Assembly: GCF_013365495.1 (NCBI RefSeq)
Contig: NZ_CP046580.1
Span: forward strand, 450,001 to 482,000
Reading direction: 5' to 3'
DNA from: Candidatus Saccharimonadota bacterium
GTDB taxonomy: Bacteria; Pseudomonadota; Alphaproteobacteria; Rickettsiales; Anaplasmataceae
DNA: 32,000 bases
A program made the translations under genes and the position numbers. Below, piece after piece: positions 29,856 to 32,000 of the stretch. The notes below the pieces were generated by a model. That model made no database searches. It was not told the DNA's origin and was given only the letters and a program-made list of their open reading frames with translations. The stretch's first letter is position 1. Each line of letters starts with the position of its first letter.

Positions 29856-30893
29856 ATGGATATTATTTTAGCAACAGGCGGAACAGGTGGACACATTTTT
29901 CCAGCTATAACATTGGCAAAAGCACTAAAGTTACGAGGATATAATTGTATATTATTTACTAATAAAAAAACAGATAAAAATATAGATGTAAAAAGCTATA
30001 CCTTGCCAGTATGTAGGCCAAGCAATAATAAATTTAAATTTTTTCTTTTGTTAATATATAGCTTCATATTAGCTTTATATCGAATAAGGAAGTTAAAGCC
30101 AAAGTTAGTTATTGGTTTTGGTAGTTATGCTACTTTTCCAACTCTTCTTGCAGCAAAGGTTTTCTCTATACCTATAATTTTACATGAGCAAAATATCCTT
30201 TTAGGAAGAGTGAATAGATTTTTTCTCAGTAGTGCAAAGTTAATTGCAACCAGCTTTTCAGAAACTAAATATGTGGAGAGAAATAAATGCATTTTTACAG
30301 GAAATTTTGTTTATATAAAACCTAAAAGTTATTCTTATCCTTCCTCAAAAGGAAGCTTGAACATATTAATAATAGCAGCTAGTCAAGGTTCAAGTTTTTT
30401 TGACTATGTAATAAGTGACGTAGTTTGTAGTTTACCTATTGAAATAAAAAGTAAACTTAAAATAATGCAGCAGTGTACTAAAAAAAATATAAATAAGGTT
30501 CAAAGCTTATATAAAAATGAAAAGTTCAATAGCGAATTGAGTGAATTTTTTAAAAATATAGAAAGTAGACTAGCAAGTGCTCACTTAATAATTAGTAGAG
30601 CAGGAGCTACTTCAATATCAGAAATTACTCTTGCTCAACGTCCTGCTATATATATTCCTTATCCTCACTCAAAAGATGATCATCAATTTTACAATGCAAA
30701 ATATATTGAAGGTTTGGGAGCAGCCGTAGTAGTTCAACAAGATAGCGAAACCAAAAAAAAATTAAGAGACTTACTGATTGATTTATTAGGAAACTTTCAA
30801 AAGTTACATAACATGGCTAATAATACTAGGAAAATAAAAGTAAAAAATGGAGTTAATAAATTTATTAAGGCAATAATTCATAAATTTTGTTGA
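29856..30893 (+). CDS. murG: UDP-N-acetylglucosamine--N-acetylmuramyl-(pentapeptide) pyrophosphoryl-undecaprenol GlcNAc transferase
   Basis: GGTGGHIFPA N-terminal G-loop, HEQN motif (ILHEQNILLG) and a C-terminal SRAGATSISE nucleotide-sugar binding motif. Confidence 0.93.
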   Translation: MDIILATGGTGGHIFPAITLAKALKLRGYNCILFTNKKTDKNIDVKSYTLPVCRPSNNKFKFFLLLIYSFILALYRIRKLKPKLVIGFGSYATFPTLLAAKVFSIPIILHEQNILLGRVNRFFLSSAKLIATSFSETKYVERNKCIFTGNFVYIKPKSYSYPSSKGSLNILIIAASQGSSFFDYVISDVVCSLPIEIKSKLKIMQQCTKKNINKVQSLYKNEKFNSELSEFFKNIESRLASAHLIISRAGATSISEITLAQRPAIYIPYPHSKDDHQFYNAKYIEGLGAAVVVQQDSETKKKLRDLLIDLLGNFQKLHNMANNTRKIKVKNGVNKFIKAIIHKFC

Positions 30894-31819
30894 CTGGTAT
30901 GGTGCCTGTTTGCTTTTTCTTCAAATACATCCCATAGTTTTTTTTCTAATGCTATATCATATAGTTTATTAATATAAACTACGCCTGTAGGCGAAGTTGT
31001 GTTAATTTCAAGGAGGAAATCATCTATAATATCAATACCGACAAATATTAACCCTCTTTTCTTTAGTTCAGGACCAATTTTATTACAGATTTCATTATCT
31101 CTATCACTCATTTCAACAGGTACAAAACTTGCCCCAAGCCGTAAGTTTGTTCTAATTTCTTCACTAGATTTTGGAACTCTTTTCATCACTCCAATGGGTT
31201 GACCATCGAGTAACAATATTCTTTTATCTGTATTTATATTTTTACAAAACGCTTGAGCGACTACAGGACATTCATATTTTGAAATCATGAGTTCCATTAC
31301 TACCTGAATATTGCTTTCGTCATTTATTCTTATTACGTCATTTCCACCATAGTTATATAATGGTTTTAAAATAATATTTTTGTTATGATTATGATAAAAA
31401 TTTCTAATCATCGATATATTTTCAGTGATTAAAGTCGGTAAAGTTAGTTCTGGAAATAATGAAGTAATTAATTTTTCAGGATGATTTCTTATTTCTGTTG
31501 GGTTATTTATTACTAAAGCATTAGTCTTTTCCAAAATATAGGTAGTTGTAATATAACGCATATCAAAAGGTGGATCCTGTCTAATAAATATAATCTCTAT
31601 TTCATTCAAATTGATTATTACCTCTTTTTTAGAGGTGAAATGGTAATCATTAGTGCTAACTTTTTGGGCAAAAGCAACTGGCTGATTTAGCTTTAGTGCT
31701 AAATTACTAGGAACATAGATAGAAATTTCGTGTTTTCTTCTCTGTGCTTCTTTTATCAATGCAAATGTAGTATCAGTTTCAAAATTTATGTTTTCATTTA
31801 TTTGAAAAGCGATTCTCAT
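30878..31819 (-). CDS. gshB: glutathione synthetase (prokaryotic ATP-grasp type)
   Basis: N-terminal substrate-binding domain pattern (MRIAFQINE...DTTFALIKEAQRRKHE, RQDPPFDMRY) and an ATP-grasp C-terminal half (ILKPLYNYGGNDV, FVGIDII). Length is 313 aa. Its 3' end overlaps the murG 3' end by 16 nt. Confidence 0.9.
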   Translation of the reverse strand: MRIAFQINENINFETDTTFALIKEAQRRKHEISIYVPSNLALKLNQPVAFAQKVSTNDYHFTSKKEVIINLNEIEIIFIRQDPPFDMRYITTTYILEKTNALVINNPTEIRNHPEKLITSLFPELTLPTLITENISMIRNFYHNHNKNIILKPLYNYGGNDVIRINDESNIQVVMELMISKYECPVVAQAFCKNINTDKRILLLDGQPIGVMKRVPKSSEEIRTNLRLGASFVPVEMSDRDNEICNKIGPELKKRGLIFVGIDIIDDFLLEINTTSPTGVVYINKLYDIALEKKLWDVFEEKANRHHTSQQNL

Positions 31820-31866
31820 GATATTTTATTCTCAAAAAAATTTATCACTTAAAAACTTAGCCCATA

Positions 31867-32000
31867 TTAACGTCTTAACTTACTATGCCTATAACGTACA
31901 TAACTTATAACTTGCTTTACTCCCTTAACCTTTCTTGCAATTGCTATTGCTGCTTTTAGTTCTGACTTATTTTGAGCTATACCCATCAAATAAACAACTC
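31867..32000 (-). CDS. BON-domain protein, C-terminal fragment (5' end lies beyond the window)
   Basis: My translation of the reverse strand gives ...VVYLMGIAQNKSELKAAIAIARKVKGVKQVISYVRYRHSKLRR*, with the stop at 31867-31869. This is the typical BON-domain end pattern (vyLmG...e...A..iAr.v.GVk.V). It lies 47 nt upstream of gshB on the same strand. Confidence 0.55.
   Translation of the reverse strand, partial: VVYLMGIAQNKSELKAAIAIARKVKGVKQVISYVRYRHSKLRR

Noticed and set aside
1-32000. CtrA-type TTAA-N7-TTAA sites and IHF-like A/T motifs scattered through the spacers
   Set aside because: At this base composition I estimate roughly ten TTAA-N7-TTAA matches in 32 kb by chance. I saw no clustering near specific promoters.
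1-32000. Search for tRNA, rRNA, tmRNA, RNase P RNA, CRISPR repeats, IS elements and integrases
   Set aside because: I found no T-arm-like GGTTCGAAT/GTTCAAAT in a GC-balanced context of about 75 nt, no conserved RNase P or tmRNA cores, no regularly spaced direct repeats, and no transposase- or integrase-like ORFs.

Overview
AT-rich window with low coding density that reads as a core chromosomal segment of an obligate intracellular alphaproteobacterium. The gene content, protein sequences and gene-sized spacers fit Anaplasmataceae, most like Ehrlichia ruminantium; this is inference from sequence only. I support 19 protein-coding regions, all housekeeping: secG-pyrG-tadA, glpX, ychF, cca-type nucleotidyltransferase, mrp, a UbiH-family hydroxylase, a Bcr/CflA-type MFS transporter, purA, a short glutamine-synthetase-like ORF, dnaA, a PLD/Nuc-family HKD protein, ubiD, sucA, lpdA, murG, gshB, and the 3' end of a BON-domain gene. 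I saw no tRNA, rRNA, CRISPR array, transposase, integrase or phage gene. The unusual property is architectural. By my coordinate arithmetic only about 64% of the window is coding, and most genes are isolated by ORF-free spacers of roughly 0.9-1.6 kb. The best leads are the GS-like ORF, which looks like an eroded gene with GS-like motifs continuing in frame past its stop; a promoter-plus-terminator unit in the tadA-glpX spacer that could be a small RNA; and spacers with strong, opposite G/C strand skews suggestive of dead genes. I found no convincing multi-gene novel system such as a defence, secretion or toxin module. The palindromes and short repeats are close to chance expectation for this base composition.
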